Below the pieces are notes generated by a model that saw only the letters and a list, made by a program, of their open reading frames with translations, ran no database searches and was not told the DNA's origin. 64,000 nt of DNA from an uncultured archaeon (GTDB lineage Archaea > Micrarchaeota > Micrarchaeia > Anstonellales > Bilamarchaeaceae). The translations under genes and the position numbers were made by a program. The stretch is from contig CAVTHI010000001.1 in the NCBI GenBank assembly GCA_963734525.1, positions 25,637-89,636 on the forward strand, in the 5' to 3' direction. Positions 19,019 through 27,661 of the stretch are shown here, in pieces (the first letter of the stretch is position 1; every line of letters begins with the position of its first letter).

Positions 19019-19699
19019 TCATCGTTCCATTTCTATGTATCCTTTTATCTCGTCGAAACTGATGGAGCAGCCGGAGTATTTCATCTTGTAGAGCGCGGCT
19101 TCGAGGGCCTCCCTCTGGAGGTTGGAGAAATTCTTGAAATAGCCGTTCTCGTACGCGAGGACCACGAGCTCGCTGCTGCGCAGGACGTTGAGCTTGGATA
19201 TCCGCGACGAGAGCTCGCGGAAGCTGTTCTTGTTGACCATCACGTTGACCTGGAACTCGCTTTCGAGGTGCGCTTTCAGCTGGAACGGCGCCTCGATGAG
19301 CATGCGCGTCGTCCGCTCGTCCACGATGATGTCCTCCACCCCGAGCGCGGAGGCGAGGGCGAGCATCTCGGACTCCCCGAACTGCAGGAGGCGGATGGGC
19401 TGGCCCTTCATGTAGAACATGTTGTTGGCCGCGTGCATCACCTTCCTCGCTTCGTCCTCGACCTTCGCATCGACGACTTCTATGACGCCGTCCGCTATCG
19501 CGTCCTTGATGCGTATGGCCGAGAAGAGGTGCTTTTTCAGGCCGTTGTAGAGCGGGCGGGTGACCGTCTCGTATTCCACGGACGGGGGAATCACGAAACG
19601 GACATTATGGTGCTCGGAAAAATGGTAGAGGATGTTGTCGAGGCAGCCGGCCGTCAGCGAGATGAGAACCCCGGAATCGCACAGGACGTCGCGTGTCAT
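19019..19699 (-). CDS. PIN-like domain protein
   Basis: LCDSGVLI, IPPSVEYE, GESEMLALA and VDER acidic motifs. Confidence 0.65.
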   Translation of the reverse strand: MTRDVLCDSGVLISLTAGCLDNILYHFSEHHNVRFVIPPSVEYETVTRPLYNGLKKHLFSAIRIKDAIADGVIEVVDAKVEDEARKVMHAANNMFYMKGQPIRLLQFGESEMLALASALGVEDIIVDERTTRMLIEAPFQLKAHLESEFQVNVMVNKNSFRELSSRISKLNVLRSSELVVLAYENGYFKNFSNLQREALEAALYKMKYSGCSISFDEIKGYIEMER

Positions 19700-19763
19700 G
19701 GTGTGGGTTTACTCGGCCTTCAATTATAAAGATTCTCCCGTATCAATGCCGCCGTTCCCCGGC

Positions 19764-20312
19764 CTAGCCGCCAAGAATCTTGCGGGCGATTTTCATCCGC
19801 TCGTTTATCGTCTTTTCGGCCTGGAGGCGGTCGAACATCATCGTCTCGCCGGCGTAATCGAGGATTTCCTGCTTCTCCAGGCCGGTCATCTCGGCCGCCA
19901 CGCCGAGGCTCATCCCCTGCGCGTAGAATGTGGCGGCCATCTTGAGTTTCCCCTTCGTCACGAGGTCGACAACGAACCGCGCGTCCTTCTCCTCCAGATG
20001 CGCGATTGCCGCCTCGAGCTCGGAGAATATCTGTGTGAGCTCGGCCTCGCTCGCCGAATCCAGGCGCTCGGTCAGGCGCTCGAACACGCGCTCGATGCCG
20101 ATTAGGCCGGACTTGTATTCCGGGCGGAGGAACCTGGGCTTGGACACGATTTTCGAGAGCACGTACGAGAAGACGGCCAGGTTGAAGCATGCCAGGTTGC
20201 AGTGCATCGCCGTCGCCTTCAGGACGTCGTCGTTGAGCTTGCGTAGGAGGCGCTGGTTCCTCTTGCGGAACGCCGAAAGAATCTTGGCCGCCATCGAGGA
20301 TTGTGTTTCCAA
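19764..20312 (-). CDS. Hypothetical helical protein, first gene of the PIN/XPF/MBL operon
   Basis: Co-directional ORF; possible C-terminal HTH (GMSLGVAAEMTGL). Confidence 0.7.
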   Translation of the reverse strand: METQSSMAAKILSAFRKRNQRLLRKLNDDVLKATAMHCNLACFNLAVFSYVLSKIVSKPRFLRPEYKSGLIGIERVFERLTERLDSASEAELTQIFSELEAAIAHLEEKDARFVVDLVTKGKLKMAATFYAQGMSLGVAAEMTGLEKQEILDYAGETMMFDRLQAEKTINERMKIARKILGG

Positions 20313-20341
20313 ATGGACACCTGAGGAGAATACGCGATAGG

Positions 20342-20393
20342 TTTATAAATGTATCATGATTATGTCATGACAGTTGCGTGATTTCATCGCAAC
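20342..20393. promoter_or_regulatory. TATA box followed by palindromic operator-like sites
   Basis: TTTATAAA (20342), ATCATGAT (20353), TGTCATGACA (20363), GTTGCG-N9-CGCAAC (20373-20393). Confidence 0.55.
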
Positions 20394-20396
20394 CCG

Positions 20397-20843
20397 ATGG
20401 TGAAACCAATGAAAGAACACGACGACAAGGAATATAAACCTATTGACTCCGCGTTCACCAAAGAAGTACGAAGCGACCTAGAAACCCACATTGACAAGTT
20501 CAAGGACCCCGTGGTCCTGGGCGAGCTGGTGTACCGCCTCCTGGAGGAGCGCGAGAACACGAACCGGCTGCTCAAGACCCTGCTCCAGAAGCTGGAATCA
20601 CTCGAAATGAAGATGGGAGCGGCATCCGCGGCACCTACGGGCGTTGCGGAAACCCTCCTTCCAGAAATCGACGAACAGATTATGCGGTTCGTCAAGGACA
20701 CGGGGAAAGCGACGGCAGAGGAAGTTCGTGCGAAATTCAAGTACCGTGGAAAGAACGCGGCATCCGCGAGGCTCAACCGCCTCTGCGACATGGGCCTGCT
20801 GCAGAAACAGCAGGTAGGAAAGAAGGTTTTCTTCTTTCCGTAA
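20397..20843 (+). CDS. Coiled-coil plus C-terminal winged-helix DNA-binding protein
   Basis: IDEQIMRFV..GKATAEEV...ASARLNRLCDMGLLQKQQVGKKVFF. Confidence 0.8.
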   Translation: MVKPMKEHDDKEYKPIDSAFTKEVRSDLETHIDKFKDPVVLGELVYRLLEERENTNRLLKTLLQKLESLEMKMGAASAAPTGVAETLLPEIDEQIMRFVKDTGKATAEEVRAKFKYRGKNAASARLNRLCDMGLLQKQQVGKKVFFFP

Positions 20844-20861
20844 ATGAGAAAAAGAAGCAAC

Positions 20862-21161
20862 ACCGAGGGGGACCCCAAATGCGGCTCCCTTCGTAACACT
20901 GATGGCAAGGCGAGAACGGATCAACCTCCCGCCTCTCTCAATTTTTGGTCCGTTCTCACTTGTTATCCTCCCACAAAGAAAGAGAAAAAGAAGGCTAGAA
21001 GCTCCGACCAGGGTTTCTAGAATCCTCTTTTTTTATTTTCACTTGGGCATCGACAGAAAATCGGGAAGAAGGTCTCTTCTTCCGTCATACGCATGGCAAG
21101 GGGCGCAGGCCGAAACCTCCCGCCTCTCTCAAATTATTATTTTGGCCCATAACCCCTTGCC
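20862..21161 (+). ncRNA. Candidate structured RNA: tandem two-hairpin units with an identical C/U-rich loop
   Basis: ATGGCAAGG-N12-AACCTCCCGCCTCTCTCAA at 20902 and 21093 (191-nt period); stems differ but both pair, with G-U pairs on the + strand. Confidence 0.65.
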
Positions 21162-21162
21162 T

Positions 21163-21325
21163 TTAATACTCCTTTTTGCCGCGAAGCAGGAAATACATTA
21201 TCAGGATCAGCACGAATATCACTGCAGCGCCAGCCAGCACGAGCGGCAGGCTTTCCAGTATGGGCCCGAAGCCGAGCCGGGACGGGTCCGGAACCGGGTT
21301 CTGGTATTCTTCGAGGAAGCGTCAT
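21163..21325 (-). CDS. Small single-TM protein (~53 aa) missing from the ORF track; one extra base just after ATG
   Basis: Frame reads FLEEYQNPVPDPSRLGFGPILESLPLVLAGAAVIFVLILIMYFLLRGKKEY*; ATG at 21325 is one base out of frame; AT-rich box near 21345. Confidence 0.55.
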
Positions 21326-21377
21326 GGCGGATAATGATACTGCCATTAATAAATACTGGTTGCAGCATATCCAACTC

Positions 21378-22814
21378 ATGGCGAGCAGGGATTTCGAAAC
21401 CACCAAAGACATAGTCATACCGACGGACCCTTTCGAGAGGATAATAGGCCAGCCCGAGGCGGTGGCCATCGCCAAGATGGTCCCGTACCAGAGGAGGCAC
21501 CTGCTGCTCGTCGGCCCGCCCGGAACGGGCAAGAGCATGATAGCGCAGGCGATAGCGAGCGTGCTCCCGAAGCCCAAGTTCGAGGTCTCGGTGCTTGACA
21601 ACCCGGAGAATCCGGAAAGGCCCATCGTCCAGATACGCGACGAGAGCCAGATTAAGAGGGACAAGAAGGACGAGAAGCAGATAGGCACGGAAGTGTCCCC
21701 GATAGACGTCCCGACGTTCGTTTCCGAAAGGCTCGGCTTCCGCTGCCGCAGGTGCGCGACGCTGAGCCAGTTCACCGAGAGCATCTGCCCGCAGTGCGGC
21801 GCGGCGAAGAACCAGAAGAACCTGTTCGACAAGTTCGGCATGCCGCCGCAGGGGGCCGGAGCCCCTGAGCCGGACAAGGCCCGAGTCGCCACGACGAGAA
21901 GGTCGATGGACGGCAAGGAGGACGTCATAATCTACGAAAGGAGCCATGACGGCCGCATCATGATGCTTCGGCAGGAGGAAATCAAGAAGCTTGAGGAGCT
22001 GAGCAAGAAGGCGAAAAGGAAAATCCTGGTCCCCCTCAAGCGCTCGACGTTCGTGCAGGCCAGCGGCGGAAGCGAGACCGAGCTGCTCGGCGACATCAGG
22101 CACGACCCGTACGGCGGGCACCAGGCTCTCGGCACACCCACATACCAGCGCGTGCTCCCCGGAGCGGTCCACGAGGCGCACGAAGGCGTCCTTTTCATAG
22201 ACGAGCTCTCGACGCTCGGCAACATCCAGAGGTATATCCTTTCCGCGATGCAGGACAAGGCGTTCCACATCGTCGGGCGCAACCCGATGAGCAGCGGCGC
22301 GGCGGTCCGCGTAGAGGCTGTCCCGTGCGACTTCATATTCGTGGGCGCGTGCAACATCAACGACATCAAGCACATCCTGCCCCCGATGCGCTCGAGAATC
22401 CGCGGCGACGGCTATGAGTGCCTCATGAACGCGTACATGGACGACAACGACGTGAACGAGGAGAAGCTGGAGCAGTTCATCGCGCAGGAGATACTGAAGG
22501 ACGGGAAAATCCCGCACGCGGAGCGCAAGTCGGTCAAGCTCGCCATCGACGAGGCCAGGAACATCGCCCGCAGGATAGACAACGTGAAGGGATTCACGCT
22601 GCGCCTGCGCAACCTGAGCGGAATCATGAAGATGGCCGGCGATATGGCCGCGACACAGAAGAAGGAGTTCATCGAGCCAAAGGATGTCGAAATCGCAATC
22701 CGCGAGTCGAGGCCTATTGAGGACAAGCTCCGCGAGAAATACGGCAACTGGTGGAGCGCCGAAGTGGCGGACTACGGCGTCAGGAGCGAGAAGGCGGGCC
22801 CAGAGACTGCGTGA
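21378..22814 (+). CDS. LonB-type AAA+ ATPase with no protease domain and a Zn ribbon
   Basis: IIGQ, GPPGTGKS, HDPY, PGAVHEAHEGVLFIDE, VPCDF and LRLRNLSG; CRRC..CPQC insert; ends without a Ser-Lys domain. Confidence 0.85.
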   Translation: MASRDFETTKDIVIPTDPFERIIGQPEAVAIAKMVPYQRRHLLLVGPPGTGKSMIAQAIASVLPKPKFEVSVLDNPENPERPIVQIRDESQIKRDKKDEKQIGTEVSPIDVPTFVSERLGFRCRRCATLSQFTESICPQCGAAKNQKNLFDKFGMPPQGAGAPEPDKARVATTRRSMDGKEDVIIYERSHDGRIMMLRQEEIKKLEELSKKAKRKILVPLKRSTFVQASGGSETELLGDIRHDPYGGHQALGTPTYQRVLPGAVHEAHEGVLFIDELSTLGNIQRYILSAMQDKAFHIVGRNPMSSGAAVRVEAVPCDFIFVGACNINDIKHILPPMRSRIRGDGYECLMNAYMDDNDVNEEKLEQFIAQEILKDGKIPHAERKSVKLAIDEARNIARRIDNVKGFTLRLRNLSGIMKMAGDMAATQKKEFIEPKDVEIAIRESRPIEDKLREKYGNWWSAEVADYGVRSEKAGPETA

Positions 22815-22857
22815 AGGGGCGGGCCGGTTCCGCCAAATGCTTTTTTTTCCGTGTTCA

Positions 22858-24153
22858 TCACTGTTTCTTCAGGAGGCTCCCCAGCAAGGGAGGCACGATG
22901 AAGGTCGTCAGGAGCGCCATCGCCGTGATGACCGAGTATTGGGCGGCGCTGAGCACGCCGGTCGTGAGGCCGATGGAGCCCACGATGAGGGCCACTTCCC
23001 CCCTCGGGACCATGCCTATGCCGACAGCAAGCGCTTCTCTTGATGGCAGCTTCGCAATCAGGCCGCCGATTCCGCACGCGATTATCTTCGTGGCGACCGC
23101 AACCAGCGTCAGGAGGCATATGGGGACAAAGAAAGCGCCGAGCGCGTTCACGTCTACCAGCGCCCCGAGGCTGATGAAGAAGATAGGCATGAAGAGCATC
23201 TCCAGGCCGTATGTCTTCTCCTCCAGCTCCTTCACGTGGCGGCTGCGATTGAGGATGACTCCGGCAAGGAACGCCCCGACGATGGCCGAGAGCTGGATGA
23301 ATTCGGCTATATAGGCGTAGAACAGCATGAGCGCGAGGACCATGAGGAAGCGCCTCGGGCTCATTTCCTTCCGGTCGAGGTATGTTATGAAATAGTTCCC
23401 CGTCACGACGCTTCCGACAAGGAACACGATTGCTGAGACGAACGTCATCGCAAGGGTTTCGGGGACGAAAACCCCGCCGGACACGTTTATCACGAAGGAA
23501 AGGACGAGAAGGCCGAGGACGTCGTCGATGACCGCTGCCCCGATGATTATCTGCGCGAAACGCTCGTGCAGGAGGCCGGCTTCCTTCAGCAGTGCGACCG
23601 TGACGCCCACGCTCGTCGCGGTCAGTGCGGCCCCCAGGAACATCGAGTATGCGAAATCGCCCCCGCCCATCGAGGCGAAAAGGTAGCCCGCGGCGAAGGG
23701 GAGCAGGACGCCGAGCGTGGCGACAACGAGGTTGTCCCCGGCGAAAACCTTCTCCATCTTGTTATGCAGGCCTACCTTGAACAGCAGGATTATCGCGCCA
23801 AGCTGGGCGAAGACGTGTATCATGGCCTCGTCCTTCAGGACGTTCGGCGCAGCTGCGGACAGGGGAAGGCCCAGGGCGGATATGGACGATGAGAGGGGCG
23901 GCCACAGCAGGCTGAGGGCGCTCGGGCTTATCAGCACGCCGAGAAACAGGAGTATCATGACCGAGGGCTGCTTGAGATAGATGACCGCCAGCTCTCCGAG
24001 GACGGCAAGGAGAAGCAGGAAGACGATTTCGAAATACACGTGCTTCTCGAGCGCGACGCTTTCGAAGACGCTTACGCGGATGACCGACAGCACAAGGACC
24101 ATGAACAGCGCGAGGATGACGAGCGGCGCCAGGCGGTCAATAAGGGCCTTCAT
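22858..24153 (-). CDS. Cation:proton antiporter (CPA2/NapA type)
   Basis: ATSVG, AAVIDDV, GAFLAG and PRGEV motifs; about 12 TMs. Confidence 0.92.
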   Translation of the reverse strand: MKALIDRLAPLVILALFMVLVLSVIRVSVFESVALEKHVYFEIVFLLLLAVLGELAVIYLKQPSVMILLFLGVLISPSALSLLWPPLSSSISALGLPLSAAAPNVLKDEAMIHVFAQLGAIILLFKVGLHNKMEKVFAGDNLVVATLGVLLPFAAGYLFASMGGGDFAYSMFLGAALTATSVGVTVALLKEAGLLHERFAQIIIGAAVIDDVLGLLVLSFVINVSGGVFVPETLAMTFVSAIVFLVGSVVTGNYFITYLDRKEMSPRRFLMVLALMLFYAYIAEFIQLSAIVGAFLAGVILNRSRHVKELEEKTYGLEMLFMPIFFISLGALVDVNALGAFFVPICLLTLVAVATKIIACGIGGLIAKLPSREALAVGIGMVPRGEVALIVGSIGLTTGVLSAAQYSVITAMALLTTFIVPPLLGSLLKKQ

Positions 24154-24216
24154 GGTGCAGGATGGGCATAAGAAATATATATGGATAGCGAAACGCTTTC
24201 CGCCTTTGGCCGGAGG

Positions 24217-25509
24217 TCATCCGCCCTTCAGCGGTTTCGCAGGAGCCCGGCCCGCAGGGTTGCGGAAAAGGAACAGGACGCCCCCGGCAGCCAGTATGAT
24301 TAGTTCGAGCGCGAAAAGGAATGGCGGGAAGAAGAGGAGCATCAGCAGGGCGGTGATGGCCCCGATGTATGCGAATACCGGGATGCCGGCGAACCTCGGG
24401 CTTACGAACCCGCGCTTCATCTTCTCGCCCGCGAGGGCTATCAGGGACGCGTTCACGACGAAATACGCGGTGAATACGGCAAGATCGGTGAGCTGGGCGA
24501 CCGTCTTGATGTCCGAAAGCGATGCAATCAGCGCCGCCAGCAGGCCGACGACGGCGACTGAAAAGAACGGCGTCCCCCGGGAACCGACGGCGGAGAACGG
24601 CTTGGGCATCGAGCCGCCTGCGGACATGCCGTAGAAGATGCGGGAGGGGACGATGAGGAACATCAGCACGGTGTTGGCCGTCGCGAACAGGGCGATGTAG
24701 GACATCAGGGGCGCGTAGTCCCCGAGCATCCGCGAGACGACGAGCGTCAGCGGCGCCTTCGACTGCGAGAGCGCCTCCCACCCGACTTCGCGCACCGCGG
24801 CGATTGCGACGAGCATGTAGAGGATTGTGGATATCCCGAGCGCGAGGATGAGGGCCCGGGGAACAGTTTTCTTGCTGTCCTTGACCTCCTCCGAGAGGTT
24901 GGCGATGTTCTCGAACCCGATGTAAGCGAAGAATATGACCGAGATTGCGGCGATGATGCCCCCTAGTCCGCTTGATGGGGGTTCGAAAAGATTCACGTCC
25001 GCCTGGGACGGCGTGAGGAAGCCGGCGGCTATCACTATGAGCAGTCCGAGCATCTCCAGCGACGTGGCGACGTTGTTGAAGCTGGCGGATTCGGATATGC
25101 CCCAGAAGTTCAGGACCGTCATGGCCGCAATCAGCAGGAGGGCGGCAACTGTCGGGTCCACGCCGGCAAGCGAATGGAGATAGCCCCCGAAACCAAGCGC
25201 GACCGTGGATGCGGCAATCACCGTGCCGACGGCGAGCACCCAGCCGACCGCGTAAGACAGCCATTCCCTCCGGAATGCTTTGCGCGAATAGTTGTATTCC
25301 GCCGCTTCGCTCGGGAACATGCTCGAAAGCTCGGCGTAGCTGAGCGCGGTGAAGATGGCGATGAATGCGGATATCAGGAACGCGGCCCAGAGCATGTTTC
25401 CCGCAAGGCCCGCGCCCACGCTGATGAGGGCGTAGATGCCCGCCCCGAGGATGACCCCGATTCCGTATAGCGTGGTGCTGACAAGCCCCAGTCCGCGCTT
25501 AAGCCCCAT
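24217..25509 (-). CDS. APC family amino acid permease
   Basis: GVILGAGIY, YAELSS and FAYIGFE..ANLSEE motifs. Confidence 0.92.
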   Translation of the reverse strand: MGLKRGLGLVSTTLYGIGVILGAGIYALISVGAGLAGNMLWAAFLISAFIAIFTALSYAELSSMFPSEAAEYNYSRKAFRREWLSYAVGWVLAVGTVIAASTVALGFGGYLHSLAGVDPTVAALLLIAAMTVLNFWGISESASFNNVATSLEMLGLLIVIAAGFLTPSQADVNLFEPPSSGLGGIIAAISVIFFAYIGFENIANLSEEVKDSKKTVPRALILALGISTILYMLVAIAAVREVGWEALSQSKAPLTLVVSRMLGDYAPLMSYIALFATANTVLMFLIVPSRIFYGMSAGGSMPKPFSAVGSRGTPFFSVAVVGLLAALIASLSDIKTVAQLTDLAVFTAYFVVNASLIALAGEKMKRGFVSPRFAGIPVFAYIGAITALLMLLFFPPFLFALELIILAAGGVLFLFRNPAGRAPAKPLKGG

Positions 25510-25534
25510 ATCATCAACCGGTCGGCCGGACCCT

Positions 25535-25816
25535 TCAGGATTCCGATTCTTCGATGATTTTCTTCTCGGCCTGGTTGATGGCGACGCGCGCCGTGTCTAT
25601 CAGCAGCTTGCTGAGGCCGTTCTTCCTGAGCGTCGGCCGCGCTATGTACATATAGTGGGCGGTGCCGCTGACGATGCCCTTCTCCCGGTCCTCGTCCGTA
25701 GCGAACATGACGTCGGCCTTCGACACGGCTATCATGAACGGCTTGTTTCCGCATTTCTCCTCGATAATCTTGGCGCAGGCCGCTACGGCCTCTTTCAGTT
25801 CCTTGTCTTCTTCCAT
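25535..25816 (-). CDS. Hypothetical protein
   Basis: ORF upstream of the permease with TATA-like TTTTTAA upstream. Confidence 0.6.
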   Translation of the reverse strand: MEEDKELKEAVAACAKIIEEKCGNKPFMIAVSKADVMFATDEDREKGIVSGTAHYMYIARPTLRKNGLSKLLIDTARVAINQAEKKIIEESES

Positions 25817-25925
25817 GGCGAGCCTTATTCGGGTTAAAAATTAAAAATGCATCCGGGCGGTTGCGCTGGACGCCCTGCCGTGGAAAAGGGCAGATATTTT
25901 AAAATTAACAGGATGAAGGGGGTTC

Positions 25926-27563
25926 ATGAGAACCTTCCTCGCGTTCGGACTTATCCTGATATTGGGATTGTACGGCTGTATCGGCCAGGCGTGCCCCAGC
26001 ACGGTCGAGCCGGTTTGCGGAAAAGACGGCGTTACTTACACCAACGCATGCCAGGCGGTGCAGGCCGGGACCACGGTCAAGGCCAACGGCACCTGCGAAG
26101 CGAACCTCTGCGAAGATTCGGACGGCGGCAAGGACCTGTTCAACCAGGGGACCGCCTCGGCCCGCGGAGGCAGTGTCCAGGACAAGTGCAAGGATGCGCT
26201 TACCGTGACCGAAGCGTACTGCTCGGCCAGTGCGGCGGTCTCGGAAGACTTCCCCTGCCCGGGCGGCTATGCGTGCATGGCAGGCGCATGCGTCAAGACG
26301 CCCTGCCAGGATACCGACAACGGGAAGGATGCGAATGTCAGGGGCACGGTTACATCGCCCGGGACAAGCGCCAGCGACGAGTGCACGGGCTCATATTCGG
26401 TCAAGGAATACTATTGCAGCGGCGATGCGGCCAAATCCGAGGATATCGCATGCGGCGACGGGATGCAGTGCGTCAGCGGCGCGTGCATCGAGGCGGCGTG
26501 CGTCGATTCGGACGGCGGCAAGGATGCCCTGAAAAGCGGCACCGTCACGAAGGGGCAGGATACGTTCCAGGATGCGTGCAGCGGCTCCACTGCGGTGAAG
26601 GAATACTACTGCAGCGCAAAGAATGTCCAATCCGAGGTGCTCCCGTGCGGGTCCGGGTTCGTCTGCCAGGACGATAAGTGCCTCAAGGAGGTCTGCACCG
26701 ACAGCGACAACGGCAAGGACACCTCGGTGAAAGGCACGGCGTCATACCAGAACAAGACCGGGACCGACAGCTGCTACAGCAGCACGGCAGTCCTGGAATA
26801 TTTCTGCTATTCCGAGACGTCGATGCAGTACGAGAAGATCAACTGCCCGAGCGGCAAGGAATGCTTCGACGGCAAGTGCAGGACTGTCGAGTGCACCGAG
26901 GTCGTGACGAATATCGACGAGGCCAACAAGAGGTATAACATAGCGAACTACGACGACACCGACGAGCTCTTCCTCCACGTCGGGGAGGTAGTCGAGATAA
27001 ACGACGAGTTCCTTGTGAAGCTGTATTCAATCAGCGGCAACACATCCACGTTCAGGATGTACGAGAACTACCAGGCCCTCAAGGACAACGACCACCTCTG
27101 CGCCTTCTCTCTCGACGATGGCGACAGCGACAATGATTTCTGCGGCGAGAACACCGAGACCATCGAGATACTTTCGGTGAACGACAGCGAGGACATGGTC
27201 GAGCTTTCAATCGGCGAGTACCACGCGGTCCAGTTCTACACCCAGGAGGGCAGCATCAGCGACTGGACTGACAACCCGATTTGCCCCGATGACGAGACCG
27301 TCTACGACCTGTACAAGTCGGAGTTCTACCCCTACCTCGACACGTCAGCCTCGCACCTCGACCTCGAAGGGAAGAGGTTCGACATATTCGACACGACTGC
27401 GAGGATAATCGACGTGTCGAGCGACACGGTGACAATCGAGCTTGACGGGGAGGAATTCGAGCTCGGGACCGGCGACAGGTTCGACTACCTCGGCCAGGGC
27501 TACAGGGCCACGCTGACGTTCAACGACGGCGGGCTCTTCAAGTTCGACGCCAGGCCGTCCTGA
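25926..27563 (+). CDS. Secreted/lipoprotein: Kazal-like domain, four CxD(S/T)DxG Cys-rich repeats, acidic C-terminal region
   Basis: Lipobox LYGC; PVCGKDGVTYTNAC; repeats starting CEDSDGG, CQDTDNG, CVDSDGG, CTDSDNG. Confidence 0.85.
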   Translation: MRTFLAFGLILILGLYGCIGQACPSTVEPVCGKDGVTYTNACQAVQAGTTVKANGTCEANLCEDSDGGKDLFNQGTASARGGSVQDKCKDALTVTEAYCSASAAVSEDFPCPGGYACMAGACVKTPCQDTDNGKDANVRGTVTSPGTSASDECTGSYSVKEYYCSGDAAKSEDIACGDGMQCVSGACIEAACVDSDGGKDALKSGTVTKGQDTFQDACSGSTAVKEYYCSAKNVQSEVLPCGSGFVCQDDKCLKEVCTDSDNGKDTSVKGTASYQNKTGTDSCYSSTAVLEYFCYSETSMQYEKINCPSGKECFDGKCRTVECTEVVTNIDEANKRYNIANYDDTDELFLHVGEVVEINDEFLVKLYSISGNTSTFRMYENYQALKDNDHLCAFSLDDGDSDNDFCGENTETIEILSVNDSEDMVELSIGEYHAVQFYTQEGSISDWTDNPICPDDETVYDLYKSEFYPYLDTSASHLDLEGKRFDIFDTTARIIDVSSDTVTIELDGEEFELGTGDRFDYLGQGYRATLTFNDGGLFKFDARPS

Positions 27564-27661
27564 TTCTTTTTATTTTTCTTATCCCTTATTTTTCCTTGAT
27601 TTTATTTTATAGGCCGTCCCGCCCGGCCTATTTTTAAGAATTGCATGCGACAAGCGGACTG

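Noticed and set aside
19019-19699. PIN-like protein as protein-only RNase P (HARP)
   Set aside because: Lacks the GxxDSxxD motif I expect in HARP
20902-21132. 19-nt direct repeats read as a mini CRISPR or TIGR-like array
   Set aside because: Only two copies 191 nt apart, the repeat is a hairpin loop rather than a palindrome, and there are no cas or Nop-domain genes in the window
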